Assembly: GCA_038740245.1 (NCBI GenBank)
Contig: JAVYLZ010000001.1
Span: 29,375 to 64,844 of the forward strand
Direction of reading: 5' to 3'
From: Candidatus Micrarchaeia archaeon
GTDB taxonomy: Archaea > Micrarchaeota > Micrarchaeia > CAILAH01
Length of the DNA stretch: 35,470 nt
A program made the position numbers and the translations under genes. Of the stretch, positions 1 to 10,153 are shown in pieces (within the stretch, counting starts at the first letter, position 1; the number at the start of each line of letters is the position of its first letter). The notes beneath the pieces were generated by a model, which was not told where the DNA came from, did not search any database, and saw only the letters and a program-made list of their open reading frames with translations.

Positions 1-1
1 C

Positions 2-442
2 AAGGAGGCGGTCAGGATAGCTGCATTTGCAGGCATGCTGGCTGCCGCGCCGGCGTTTACGTCCTGCGGAACGGTTTCAAACGTCCGCAGCGGCAATGCA
101 GTTGAGCAGTACCAGATTGAGGCGGGCGCAACTGCCAAAAGGTCAATATGGGAAGGCGTGGTCGGCGCAAAGGCCGAGGCTGCGAAGCAGGAAAAGAAGG
201 CAAAGGAATGCACTGAGTATACGGATGTATGCAAGTCCATAAAGAATGATGAGCGTGCATCCAAAGAAGCGCTTTTGAAGTGGCTGATCGCGGCGGAGCT
301 GCTTGAGACGTTCATTGAGAAATACCCACAGCACATGGACCTTCTTGAGAAGGCGGGCGACCTTGCAAAGGAGGGCAAGCCCGAGCAGGTTGTGAAGGAG
401 CTGGAGAATGCCACGCTTAAGGCAATAGAGCGTGAGCTTTAA
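2..442 (+). CDS. Hypothetical lipoprotein-like protein, 5'-truncated by the window edge
   Basis: The frame is open from base 2 (KEAVRIAAFAGMLAAAPAFTSCG...): hydrophobic stretch ending in a lipobox-like TSC-G, then a helical charged body. Confidence 0.6.
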   Translation, partial: KEAVRIAAFAGMLAAAPAFTSCGTVSNVRSGNAVEQYQIEAGATAKRSIWEGVVGAKAEAAKQEKKAKECTEYTDVCKSIKNDERASKEALLKWLIAAELLETFIEKYPQHMDLLEKAGDLAKEGKPEQVVKELENATLKAIEREL

Positions 443-450
443 GGGTGATT

Positions 451-984
451 ATGATGCAAAAGAGCGAGAATGTTGCCAAGAAGCCCGAGGCTAGGAAGGC
501 GAGCCCGTTTATGAAGATGCTTGCCGCGGGCACCATAATGCTGGCGGTGGCGTGCGGCAGCAAGGAGGAGCAGAAGGCCGATGCTGATGCAACTAAAGCC
601 GAGTCCGCAAAGGAGATGGTATGCCGCATGCCCGAGAGCTACGAGATTATGCTCAAGACACTTGCCGGCTCTGCTGGCGGCCCCGTGTGCAGGGAAGGCG
701 CGAAAGGCGCAGATGCACCCAAGAAGGTGTGCAAGGGCACTGCATGTGCCTATGTATACCCCCGCGAGAAGGAGGCCTTGGCTACACCTGAAGCAAAGGA
801 GGAAGCGAAGGCCGCAGAGCCAAAGGTGAAGAAGGCAAAGGCATTCAGCGTTGAGAGAATCAACATCCCCGAGATTCCAAAGGAGCCGAAGACGCTTGAG
901 GAGCTCAAGATGAAGCCCGAGGACAGGAAGCGCCTTCAGGAGGACATTGCACGCCTTAAGAAGCACCTCGGCATTAAGGATTGA
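451..984 (+). CDS. Hypothetical lipoprotein-like, Lys/Glu-rich protein
   Basis: Basic N-region, hydrophobic MLAAGTIMLAVAC-G lipobox-like motif and four further Cys. Follows the previous ORF closely, with GGTGA upstream and a T-rich tract after the stop. Confidence 0.65.
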   Translation: MMQKSENVAKKPEARKASPFMKMLAAGTIMLAVACGSKEEQKADADATKAESAKEMVCRMPESYEIMLKTLAGSAGGPVCREGAKGADAPKKVCKGTACAYVYPREKEALATPEAKEEAKAAEPKVKKAKAFSVERINIPEIPKEPKTLEELKMKPEDRKRLQEDIARLKKHLGIKD

Positions 985-1038
985 GTTTCCCTATTTTCCC
1001 ATCTGTATTTTTTAGCGTTAGTATCCTTATTTTAGGCT

Positions 1039-1830
1039 GTGCGCAGCGATGTTGAAGACAGGGTAATATGCTTCTACTCAAAATACCCATACCCAACGAT
1101 TAGGTTCCCGTTTGGCAAGCGGCACCGCCAGTTTGTCAGCCGGCTGGTTTCTTTATGGAGATTCAGCCCTGACAGCATAAAAGGGAAAGAGGTGCTTGAT
1201 GCGGGGTGCGGCACGGGCGAGAAATCGCTTTTGCTTGCGCATATGGGGGCGCGAGTAACGGCAGTGGATATATGCCCTGCGCAGGTGGAGCGTGCCCGCG
1301 CACTAGCACGTAAATATGGGCAGGACATTGAATTCAAGGTAGCGGACGTAACAACGCTTGATTTGGGCCGCAAGTTTGACGGCATCATATGCTCCGGAGT
1401 GCTTCACCACACCGTTGACCCGCATGAGGGATTTAGGCGCCTGTGCAGCCACCTTAGGCCTGGTGGTCGTATCCTTATTGGCCTCTACAATGCCTACAGC
1501 CGCGCGCATTACAGGATGGCACGAGCCGTCCTGCATACGGCCTTTGATGGCGATCCCGACCGCATAATGTCATTTATAGCCAAGAGCCCGCTTGCCGCAC
1601 CGCTGCGCACCGCTTCCCTTCCCACGCTTTATGACAGGTATGCCGTGCCGCACGAGTCGTACCACACGCTCGGTGAGGTGCGCCGCCTTTTTGAAAGCAA
1701 CGGCCTTCGCATATGCACTGTTTATCCCGCAGAAGTTTTCAACAGTGATTTGCTTACCCAGCTCTCCTGGCTGGTTTCAGGAAAATCATTCTTTTTTGTG
1801 GCGGGGGAGAAGCTGCGCAGCGGACCGTAA
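1039..1830 (+). CDS. Class I SAM-dependent methyltransferase
   Basis: Motif I VLDAGCGTG, acidic AVD, FDGIICSGVLHH, LRPGGRI. Confidence 0.9.
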   Translation: MRSDVEDRVICFYSKYPYPTIRFPFGKRHRQFVSRLVSLWRFSPDSIKGKEVLDAGCGTGEKSLLLAHMGARVTAVDICPAQVERARALARKYGQDIEFKVADVTTLDLGRKFDGIICSGVLHHTVDPHEGFRRLCSHLRPGGRILIGLYNAYSRAHYRMARAVLHTAFDGDPDRIMSFIAKSPLAAPLRTASLPTLYDRYAVPHESYHTLGEVRRLFESNGLRICTVYPAEVFNSDLLTQLSWLVSGKSFFFVAGEKLRSGP

Positions 1831-1898
1831 GCATATGCGGTCTTTCAGGTACAACTGTGCCCAAAGCCGCATATAATTTTTACTGCTAAAAAGCAAGC

Positions 1899-2438
1899 AT
1901 GAGGAATCCCTTATTTCTGCTTCTGCTGACTTTCGCGGTGCTGGGCGCACTTGGATGCACAGAAAATAGCGGCCAAGATCAAATTCAGGGCAAGAGCGGC
2001 GATGCCGGCTTAGGCCAGCAGGGAACCCAAGAAGCCGCTGAAAATGCCGGCACTGAGAACGGCAGTGGAGAGGGTTCAGATGCGGAACCGTTTTCAGCAA
2101 GGGCCGGCTTGGAACGCGCCAAATCGCTGGCGCTTAAATATGCGCCAGATGCGGTGCTAATCTCAATATACGGGCTGGCTGGTTCCGACGGCAAGGCAAT
2201 GCAATGGGAGTATGTTTTCAATTCGTTATCACGCAAAAAATCATACAAGATTTTAATCCCTCAGGGGATTGCCCGCGAGCAGCCGTATTCCTTTATTGAG
2301 TCTCTCCCAGAGATGTTCGCAGACAGCACGGAAATCCCATGCCGTTCGGCAGGCGAGTATTCAGTTGAAGTTGAGGAGGGCTCGGTGGTATGGGTTGTGG
2401 CATCTGGCGGCGATGTGTGCCGCAGCGGTGGTGATTAA
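1899..2438 (+). CDS. Putative lipoprotein
   Basis: Signal peptide ending LGALGC, then a low-complexity G/Q/E linker and a globular C-terminal domain. Abuts the next gene. Confidence 0.7.
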   Translation: MRNPLFLLLLTFAVLGALGCTENSGQDQIQGKSGDAGLGQQGTQEAAENAGTENGSGEGSDAEPFSARAGLERAKSLALKYAPDAVLISIYGLAGSDGKAMQWEYVFNSLSRKKSYKILIPQGIAREQPYSFIESLPEMFADSTEIPCRSAGEYSVEVEEGSVVWVVASGGDVCRSGGD

Positions 2439-5400
2439 ATGAGGCAGGTCTTAATACTGCTTTTACTGTCCGGCGCTCTTTTTGCGCAGTTTAGCAATGT
2501 TGAGGTAAGCATAAACGGCTCGTCAGCAGCCATCAGTTGGGATACAGTGTACAATTGCAGTAGCCGTGTTTTGTATGGCAAGGACCAGAGTCTGGCTTCC
2601 TCAGCAACTAATTACACGAAGTCAACATCTCATATAGTTTTTCTTCGCTCACTTTCACATTCCGTTAAGTACTATTACAAGCTCCAGTGCACTTACAACT
2701 CAACAGTTTACGAGTCAGAAATTATGTCTTTTGAGATGCCCGCAGTATACCCTGATTTAGTTGTATCAAATGTTACGTTTACGCCGGCCGCCATATACAC
2801 AGGAAAAAACATCACCGTTAAGGCATACATCAAAAATGCCGGAGAAGAGCGTGCCACAAACGTTTCTCTCATGGTGCAATGCGGTGATGGCACACGGCAG
2901 TTCAAAAACATGCAATACATAGGTACAGGGGCAACACAAACAGTGTCCATCCAGTGCACGCCGCCATCTACAGCAGGCACAGTGCAAATTGCGGTGGCAC
3001 TTGATCCTTCAAACGAGATAATTGAGAAAGACGAGGGAAATAATGAGGTGGCTCTGGCCGTTACCTACCTCCCTGCGCCAAAGCCGGACCTGGCAGTTTC
3101 AGAGCAGGATATTGCCTACCAGCTCAAGGAGGCAAGCGGCCAGCAAAACATATCACTTACGGTGAGCGTGCGCAACATCGGCTCAGAGAAGGCATCTAAC
3201 GTGCCTGTGTGCGCCAACGCAAGATGCTCCAAAATCTCAGCCATCCCCGCAAACTCAACCGCGCGCATCACTCTGCTGTTGCCGCCGTCAGAGCGCTCTA
3301 TAAGCATTTTTGTTGACCCGAACAACACAGTGGATGAGCTTAGCGAGCAAAACAACAAGGCGGTGATCCAGATATCCGAGAGCACATTCCTGCCGGACAT
3401 CCACATTGATGATTCGCTGGTTTCACACACGCCCTCCATTTTGCGCACTGGCTCAACAGCCACGCTTCGTGCAAAGGTTTATAACTACGGGCAGGCGGCT
3501 GCGAGGAATGTAACGGTTGTGTTCAAGCGCGCTGAAAGGATAGAGGTGTATGAGCAAAAGGGTGAAGAATCATCTTTCTCTGAAATTGAGATGTATCAGC
3601 TGCGGAGAAGCGCCATTTCATCACTATTGAAGAAGGATGCAGGATACGGTGCGCCAACTGTAAACATTGAAGGTGAGGTGGTTGGCAGGGCAACAATTGA
3701 TTCGTTAGCGCCCGGTGCCAGCAGGACTGTCTACGCAAATGTTGTCATGCCACCAAATGCCAAGCATATTGATATTGCCGTTATCGTTGACCCGGACAAC
3801 GGCGTGCGCGAGATAAATGAGGAAAACAATTTAGCCGTGCATCCTCTTGATATAGAAACTCTGTACCCTGACCTTGCAATAAACAAGACAAGCGGCATAA
3901 GCGTATCTCCGATTCCTGAGCCCGGAAAGACCTCCAAGGTTACTGCAAAGGTTGAGAACCTCGGCACCTTCACTGCGCGGAATGTATCGGTTGATTTCTA
4001 TTTCTCTGCTGATGGGGAGAAATATTCGCTTTTCAAGCACGCGACAGTGGACGTGCTTAATGCCAAGGCCTCAAGAAGCGTATACGCTGACTGGGCTGTC
4101 CCGGCAGGTGTAAAGGAGGTATCTTTTTTGGTTAAGGTTGATGAAGAGGATGCAATTTTTGAGCTGCCCCATGATAACAATGATGCTGCCAAAGCCGTAA
4201 ATGTTTCACTGCCGGACCTGAGTGTGCAGGGCATAAACTACAGCGGAACAGTATCAGTAGGGTCTAATATAACGCTTAAGGCCGAGTTAAAAAATATTGG
4301 CACTTCAAGGGCCACAAACGTGCAGGTTGTGTTTTATTACGTAAAGCCGTCCGGGGAGATGGTGGAGATTGGCTCAAAAGCCATCAGCTCGCTTTCAGCG
4401 GGCGCATCTTCTGTCCAAAGCATACAATGGAACATCCCTCCAGGCATACCGCAGCACCCAACAGTTCTCGTCAAGGCAAATCCATCGCGTGCCATATACG
4501 AGCGTGATTTCGGCAACAACGACGCATCTCTTTCACTGGACGCCAGGCTTCCGGACCTTTCAGCATCCCTTTCGTCTGATAAGAGTGCGGCCATAGTGCC
4601 TAGCGCTGCCGGCTACAATTCGTATGTCAAGGTATCCGCTTCAGTGAGGAATTCAGGGAATGCCCCTGCAACGGCCATCCCTGTGCAGGTTTTTGCGAAC
4701 GGCGTTAAGATAAAGGAAGAGACAATACAGAAGCTTGAGCCCGGTGCATCTGCAGAGGTTGTTGATTACTTCAGGATAAACAATACCTACAGCGGGAGAG
4801 AGGTTGTATTCTCTGCGGTTGTGAACCCATCCGGCACCATAACTGAAACCATCATGGACAACAATAACGCAGAGCTTAGGCTGCCAACTGTCCAGAACAG
4901 CCCGCCGAATGCCGTAATCGCTGCGGACAGGGCAAGCGCGCTCAGAGGGCAACTGTTCACATTCGACTGCAGAAACTCTTCTGATAGGGACAGTTCTTAC
5001 TATTACTGCAAGTGGAGGTTTGACAACGCCGGCGAGTGGGAAGACGGGTGGGTGGTTTCAAAATCATTCCCAACTGCAGGCCAGCATCTTGTCACGCTGA
5101 TGGTCACCGATAACCACGGCGGCAGTGATACAGAGCAGATTTATGTGACAGTATTGGGCAACCAGCCACCGATCGCAGTGCTTGACAGCACACAATACCT
5201 TGCGTATAAGGGCGAACCGATATCTTTCAGCCCGCTTTCATCAATTGACCGCGACGGAGGGATTGCATCGGTCTATTGGGAGTTTGGCGACGGCAGCACT
5301 GCAACAGAATCTTTTGATGTTGTAACCCACACATACTCAGCCACCGGTGTTTATACGCTTAGGATGCGCGTAACAGATACTGACGGCGCAACGTCAACAG

Positions 5401-5933
5401 CCACTGCACAGGTCACGGTTGTCCAGCCACCGCAGATGGTTACTAAAACTGGCACCGAGTATTACATAAGCCATACATACCACTCGCCGTGGGCAGCCGG
5501 ACCGCAGGCAGCCGTATACTACGGCATTTACAGGATTGATTACAAGATAAGGTATACACCCTCAGATAACGTAATCCGCTATTTTGAGTATAATATCTCT
5601 GCCGGCCCGGCTATAGTTACGCAGGTTACGGATAATGATGCCGAGAGCCTGTATATGGATATGACCGCAACCGCTGCCAACGGCAGGACATCGCTTAATG
5701 TTAACAAGGTTGAGATACGCAACGGCAATGAGGTTGCTTGGTCTGCATTAGGGGGCCCAGAAATCAGTGCATCGCAGGTTTCGCGCAAGATGTCCTACTC
5801 TGGGCTGGAAGTCCCAATGTCCGGCTCACATACATACGTCGTGGTTGATATGGATATCACCTACCCCGGCCAGATGTGTGCTGCAGAGCAGTATGACTGC
5901 CAGTGGCAGGTGGCGTTTTGGCAGGCACGCTAA
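2439..5933 (+). CDS. Large secreted surface protein: N-terminal FN3-like domain, multiple CARDB (Ig-like) domains and two C-terminal PKD domains
   Basis: Signal peptide; repeated PDL...V/I-x-N-x-G...DPxNxIxExxExNN CARDB motifs; PKD motifs NxPPxA, SxDxDG, YWEFGDG, HTYSATGVYTLRMRVTD. Confidence 0.85.
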   Translation: MRQVLILLLLSGALFAQFSNVEVSINGSSAAISWDTVYNCSSRVLYGKDQSLASSATNYTKSTSHIVFLRSLSHSVKYYYKLQCTYNSTVYESEIMSFEMPAVYPDLVVSNVTFTPAAIYTGKNITVKAYIKNAGEERATNVSLMVQCGDGTRQFKNMQYIGTGATQTVSIQCTPPSTAGTVQIAVALDPSNEIIEKDEGNNEVALAVTYLPAPKPDLAVSEQDIAYQLKEASGQQNISLTVSVRNIGSEKASNVPVCANARCSKISAIPANSTARITLLLPPSERSISIFVDPNNTVDELSEQNNKAVIQISESTFLPDIHIDDSLVSHTPSILRTGSTATLRAKVYNYGQAAARNVTVVFKRAERIEVYEQKGEESSFSEIEMYQLRRSAISSLLKKDAGYGAPTVNIEGEVVGRATIDSLAPGASRTVYANVVMPPNAKHIDIAVIVDPDNGVREINEENNLAVHPLDIETLYPDLAINKTSGISVSPIPEPGKTSKVTAKVENLGTFTARNVSVDFYFSADGEKYSLFKHATVDVLNAKASRSVYADWAVPAGVKEVSFLVKVDEEDAIFELPHDNNDAAKAVNVSLPDLSVQGINYSGTVSVGSNITLKAELKNIGTSRATNVQVVFYYVKPSGEMVEIGSKAISSLSAGASSVQSIQWNIPPGIPQHPTVLVKANPSRAIYERDFGNNDASLSLDARLPDLSASLSSDKSAAIVPSAAGYNSYVKVSASVRNSGNAPATAIPVQVFANGVKIKEETIQKLEPGASAEVVDYFRINNTYSGREVVFSAVVNPSGTITETIMDNNNAELRLPTVQNSPPNAVIAADRASALRGQLFTFDCRNSSDRDSSYYYCKWRFDNAGEWEDGWVVSKSFPTAGQHLVTLMVTDNHGGSDTEQIYVTVLGNQPPIAVLDSTQYLAYKGEPISFSPLSSIDRDGGIASVYWEFGDGSTATESFDVVTHTYSATGVYTLRMRVTDTDGATSTATAQVTVVQPPQMVTKTGTEYYISHTYHSPWAAGPQAAVYYGIYRIDYKIRYTPSDNVIRYFEYNISAGPAIVTQVTDNDAESLYMDMTATAANGRTSLNVNKVEIRNGNEVAWSALGGPEISASQVSRKMSYSGLEVPMSGSHTYVVVDMDITYPGQMCAAEQYDCQWQVAFWQAR

Positions 5934-5959
5934 TGCACGCCTACTTTGGGCCCGTAATA

Positions 5960-7141
5960 TTAGGAGAATAGGCGCTCAACTATTTCCTTTATTTTGCCTG
6001 CATCATACGTCAGCTTGATGAACCGGGTCTGGCCGCGCGTGCCCTTGCCTGAGGATGTAAGCGCGATTAGGCCAAGCATATCAAGGTCGTGCAGGTATTC
6101 GGAGAACCAGCGCGCCGTGCGCGGGGTTATGCCCAGCTGCTTGCACGCGGCAACGTAGCTGTCATACACTTCACCTGAGATAAACACGTCCTGCCCGTCA
6201 TCACTGAGTTTTCTGTAGCTGCTTCCCTTGAGGTGCAACAGTGATATGCCGTAAAGCGCAATCTGCTCGTGCTGCGGCAGTGTGGTTATCGCCTCAATAA
6301 CGAGCTCGTCATCAACACTCCTGCGCGCACTGTCAACATGTGCATCCGTTACGCGGTCGTCGCCACTGTCATTTGCAATCACGCCTGCTTTTTGCAGCAG
6401 CTTCAGCGCATATCTTGCATCGCCGGTTTCGCGTGCCGCAAGCGCAGCCGACATGTGAAGTGCAGAATCATCAACCGCATTTTCATTAAAGGCAATGGAT
6501 GCACGGTGCCTTAATATCTCATAAAGCTGGTTTGCGCTGTAGGGCCTGAATATTATCTCCTTCTCGTAAAGCGCGCTTTTGCTGCGCGGGTCAAGCCGGT
6601 CCTTGAAATGCAGCCGGTTTGATATCCCCATTATTGATATGCTGCCGCGCTCCAGCTCATCGTTCACGCGGGTCATCGTATACACTAGGTCGTCAACATC
6701 CCTTACAATGTCTATCTCATCAAGCACGATTATCAGGTGCGTGTTGCTTTCCTCAACCCACTCGAGCATGCTCTCGTAAAGCTTTGAGAGCGGGTACCCC
6801 ATCTTTGCATCGCTCTTGCAGACCTCATTCACAATCTTGAAAGTTATCTTGTAGCGTGAGTCATAGATCCTGCAGTTCATATACTTCATCATTGCATTGC
6901 GGTTCATGCTATTGAATTTCTCCATAACGAGGCGTGAGCAGCAGGTTTTTCCCGTGCCGGTCTTGCCGTACAAAAACACGTTCTTGGGCTTTGCACCCTT
7001 GAGGGCCGGAGCCACGGACTTCATTATTGCCTCAATCTCGGCTTCCCTGTGCGGGAAAACATCAGGTACATAGTGCGGCGAAAGCGCATTCATGTCCTTG
7101 AATACGCCGCCCTTCTCCATGAGCTCCTCAAAGGTAAGCAT
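5960..7141 (-). CDS. cdc6: Orc1/Cdc6 replication initiator (AAA+ and winged helix)
   Basis: LSPHYVPDVFPHRE, Walker A GKTGTGKT, Walker B IIVLDEID, LDPRSKS, sensor GDARYALKLL, C-terminal GKGTRGQTR wing. Confidence 0.95.
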   Translation of the reverse strand: MLTFEELMEKGGVFKDMNALSPHYVPDVFPHREAEIEAIMKSVAPALKGAKPKNVFLYGKTGTGKTCCSRLVMEKFNSMNRNAMMKYMNCRIYDSRYKITFKIVNEVCKSDAKMGYPLSKLYESMLEWVEESNTHLIIVLDEIDIVRDVDDLVYTMTRVNDELERGSISIMGISNRLHFKDRLDPRSKSALYEKEIIFRPYSANQLYEILRHRASIAFNENAVDDSALHMSAALAARETGDARYALKLLQKAGVIANDSGDDRVTDAHVDSARRSVDDELVIEAITTLPQHEQIALYGISLLHLKGSSYRKLSDDGQDVFISGEVYDSYVAACKQLGITPRTARWFSEYLHDLDMLGLIALTSSGKGTRGQTRFIKLTYDAGKIKEIVERLFS

Positions 7142-7286
7142 GGCTGATTTTCAGGGCGGGAAACTATATATGCTTAACTTCCACTATTGGTTTTAACGTC
7201 GGAATTAGTGGAACTGCGCCGCAGACCGGCATAAGCTCCCAATTCATATTTATATTCTTTATTGCCGAATTACTTCTGGTGGTAAT

Positions 7287-7652
7287 ATGGGTATACTGCA
7301 GAAGTTTTCTGATGCTCTTGGGCTCGGAGGCAAGGAGATGAACGTACAGGAATACCTTGACAGCGAGGACCTGGAGAACCTGCACGATACGGATGAGGAG
7401 GCGGCGGCATACGTCAAGCCGGTGGCGCTTGAGAACGTGAATGTAATCACGGAGATAAAGGAGGAGCTTAGGAACGGCAACCTCATACTTCTCAACATCA
7501 CACCGATGCTGAAGAATGAGAAGGTGCTCACGCAGGTTATTGACAAGCTCAAGGAATACACGAAGAGCATACGCGGGGACATTGCAAGGATTGACAACGA
7601 GAAGATCCTGCTGACACCTGCAAAAATGAAGATTGTAAAGAGGAGAAAGTAA
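7287..7652 (+). CDS. sepF: Archaeal-type cell division protein SepF
   Basis: IKEELRNGNLILLNITP and GDIARIDNEKILLTPAKMKI are typical of archaeal SepF. Confidence 0.85.
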   Translation: MGILQKFSDALGLGGKEMNVQEYLDSEDLENLHDTDEEAAAYVKPVALENVNVITEIKEELRNGNLILLNITPMLKNEKVLTQVIDKLKEYTKSIRGDIARIDNEKILLTPAKMKIVKRRK

Positions 7653-7663
7653 ACTCCTAATTT

Positions 7664-8440
7664 TTAACTTAACTCTTTTCTTGGCCTTGTGTTCGCGTTG
7701 CTTGATTCTTCTGTATTGCTGCTTTTTGGCTTGTCCGGGGCAGGGACACTGCCCTCCTTAAGCCGGCGTGCGGCTTCCTTGAGCACGCACATCATCGCCC
7801 GCATCTCCTTCTGCTCAACATTGCCACTTGAAAGCAGATTGCTGAACGCCTTCTTGCTTTTTGCAGGGTTGCGCAAATGCGTCCGTACCGCATCTGTGAT
7901 TTCTGCGAAGTACTGTGCCGCACGGCGCACCATCATTTTATCAGCAGGGTTGCGTTCAATTGTGCGCCCAATTGATCCCCTGAGTGCATAAAACAGGATT
8001 GACGCGGCATTTGAGATGTTCATGGAGGGATATCTATTATCAGTTTCAATAAAGGCAACAATATCCGACTTGATAACCAGCTCACGCGGCAGCCCAAAAT
8101 CTTCCCTCCCAAGCAGCAGAGCCGCCTTTGACAAGTTTATCTTCTTGCGTGAGAGCTCGCTCAGCGGAATTGGCCGTGATAGGCCGCCCTTGCCCTTATC
8201 CAATGATGCAGTTGTCGCAATCACAGGATACCTCCCCTTGACAGCAACCTCAATCGAATCAACAATTTTTGCGCGTTTGAGTATGTTTTTTGCATGGCGG
8301 GCGTATTTTTCAGCTTCAAGACCCAACGGTGCAATGGGCCTCACAATCCACAAGTCAGAAAGCCCAAAGTTAGCCATAGCACGGCATACCATCCCCACAT
8401 TAATATCATATATCGGCTCTACAAGCACAACACGCATCAT
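7664..8440 (-). CDS. trmJ: SPOUT tRNA 2'-O-methyltransferase, TrmJ/TrmH group 1
   Basis: RVVLVEP..NVGMVCRAMANFG, LGREDFGL, YPSMNISNA. Start placed at ATG 8440 after GGTGAG. Confidence 0.85.
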   Translation of the reverse strand: MMRVVLVEPIYDINVGMVCRAMANFGLSDLWIVRPIAPLGLEAEKYARHAKNILKRAKIVDSIEVAVKGRYPVIATTASLDKGKGGLSRPIPLSELSRKKINLSKAALLLGREDFGLPRELVIKSDIVAFIETDNRYPSMNISNAASILFYALRGSIGRTIERNPADKMMVRRAAQYFAEITDAVRTHLRNPAKSKKAFSNLLSSGNVEQKEMRAMMCVLKEAARRLKEGSVPAPDKPKSSNTEESSNANTRPRKELS

Positions 8441-8453
8441 CCACTCACCGAAT

Positions 8454-8978
8454 TTAGGCGCGCAGGCGCAGCTCAACCGCAAATATCTTTTCAAAGAAAA
8501 GGGCCTTCTCCCCGACAACCTCCCATGTATAGCCCATCCGTATTGCTTCTGTGCGGTACCTGCTGTAGCCGCGGTCTGAAATCACCATAAGTATGGCGCC
8601 GTCTTTTTCCAAGTGGCCTTTTGCCTCTTCCATAAACCTGATAATCACATCCCTGCCGTTCTGCATGTGCGTCCACGCAATGTCGCGCGGCTCGCTGTCG
8701 TCAAGGTATGGGGTGTTGAACGCAATAAGGTCAAACTTGCCATTAATATTGCCGAAAAGGTCGCTGACAACAAATTTGGTGTTTGGGCGCTTTACGCGCG
8801 CACGCGCCTCCTCAACAGCTTCTCTATTTATATCCGCGCAAATAATTTCATCTGCATGCCCAATGCTCTCGGCTTGTATGCCCGCCCCGCAACCCATATC
8901 AAGAAACCGCCTGCACGTGCGTGACGCAAGCACTTCCGCCAGCAGGTATGAGTCGTCAGATGGCGTATAAACTGCCAT
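8454..8978 (-). CDS. HemK2/Mtq2-like methyltransferase (release factor glutamine methyltransferase family)
   Basis: VYTPSDDSYLL, LDMGCGAG, DIN, SDLF, NPPY-like FNTPY, C-terminal LFFEKI. Start placed at ATG 8978. Confidence 0.85.
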   Translation of the reverse strand: MAVYTPSDDSYLLAEVLASRTCRRFLDMGCGAGIQAESIGHADEIICADINREAVEEARARVKRPNTKFVVSDLFGNINGKFDLIAFNTPYLDDSEPRDIAWTHMQNGRDVIIRFMEEAKGHLEKDGAILMVISDRGYSRYRTEAIRMGYTWEVVGEKALFFEKIFAVELRLRA

Positions 8979-9023
8979 GCTATGCTTGTGCCAAGTTAAA
9001 TTAAAAATGGTTGTTTGAGAATA

Positions 9024-9368
9024 ATGGATATGCAGAGCCAAAGCTTGCAGTCCCCTCCTGTGGGGGCAGGCGCCGCTGTTAAAGCGCGCAGGAGTTTTGA
9101 AAGTGTCCGCCCCAAGCAGTTCAGCAATCCCGAAGAGTTTTTGAATTTTGTTGAGCGGGCACTTCGCGAGCACAGGTTCTCAAAAGGCGGTGCAAAGCGC
9201 ATAATGCGTTTCTTTGAGGCCTACCTGCACTGCAGGCAGGAGGAGAACGCAATAACTGAGCGGACGTACGAACTGCTTTCAAACCTGCTGATGCGTGCAA
9301 TCTCATCACGGAGGCGGCGCTCGCCGGATAAGGTTGTGCGTGAGGTAAAGGAAGGGATTGCACGATGA
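9024..9368 (+). CDS. Hypothetical basic helical protein
   Basis: The ORF fills the gap divergent from hemK and precedes the AIM24 gene. No recognised motif. Confidence 0.55.
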   Translation: MDMQSQSLQSPPVGAGAAVKARRSFESVRPKQFSNPEEFLNFVERALREHRFSKGGAKRIMRFFEAYLHCRQEENAITERTYELLSNLLMRAISSRRRRSPDKVVREVKEGIAR

Positions 9369-9389
9369 TAAAATTCTTGGGGTGAGCAT

Positions 9390-10055
9390 ATGAAAATAAG
9401 AATTGAGAAAACAAACATCGGAAACATAATGTCCGTTTATATGGATAAGGGGGATATGATATGCGCAGAGCCCGGCGCCATAATCTCATCAACAGGTGAG
9501 ATTGAGATAAGCAGCGAGCTTGCCGGCGGCCTGGCGTCAAGCGCGCTTAGGTTTATCGGCGGCGGGGAAAGCGCATTCATAAACAGGATTACCGCAAAGG
9601 AAAACCTAACTTTGCAGCTTGGCACTCCAATCCCAAGCGAGATTGCTGAAGTGCCGCTTAACGGCGGCATGATACTCGGCGATGGAGTTTACCTTGCGCA
9701 CACCGGAGACATAACAATCTCATCAAAGTTTGGCGGCCTCACTTCGCTGAGCGCGGGTGCGGGATTCATGTTCCTGCATGCATCCGGCAAGGGAAAGCTC
9801 TACCTTGCAGGCGGTGAGGCCCTGTTCAAGAAATCCCTTAAAGATGGCGAGGCGTTCATAGTGGACAATGCGTGCTTTGTGGGTGTTGAGGACAGCGCAA
9901 AGATGGAAAAATTCATCGCCGGAAAGAACCTGATGAGCAAGCTTGCGGGCGGCGAGGGCATTATGCTAAAGATAACCGGTCCCGCAACGGTATATTACCA
10001 GACGGAAAGCCCGGCATCGCTTGCATCATATCTGGCAAAGTATGTTAAGGGATAA
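9390..10055 (+). CDS. AIM24/TIGR00266 family protein
   Basis: AEPGA, GGESAFIN, GKGKLYL, FIVDN, GGEGIMLKITGPATVYYQT. Confidence 0.9.
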   Translation: MKIRIEKTNIGNIMSVYMDKGDMICAEPGAIISSTGEIEISSELAGGLASSALRFIGGGESAFINRITAKENLTLQLGTPIPSEIAEVPLNGGMILGDGVYLAHTGDITISSKFGGLTSLSAGAGFMFLHASGKGKLYLAGGEALFKKSLKDGEAFIVDNACFVGVEDSAKMEKFIAGKNLMSKLAGGEGIMLKITGPATVYYQTESPASLASYLAKYVKG

Positions 10056-10153
10056 CTGCAGAACCTTTTTCACCTTTTTGTATGCACTCCCCTCCTAAAT
10101 CGTGCTTGGCCACCACTATATCTTTTTATTAATTGGTCCAGACTACATAGCAT

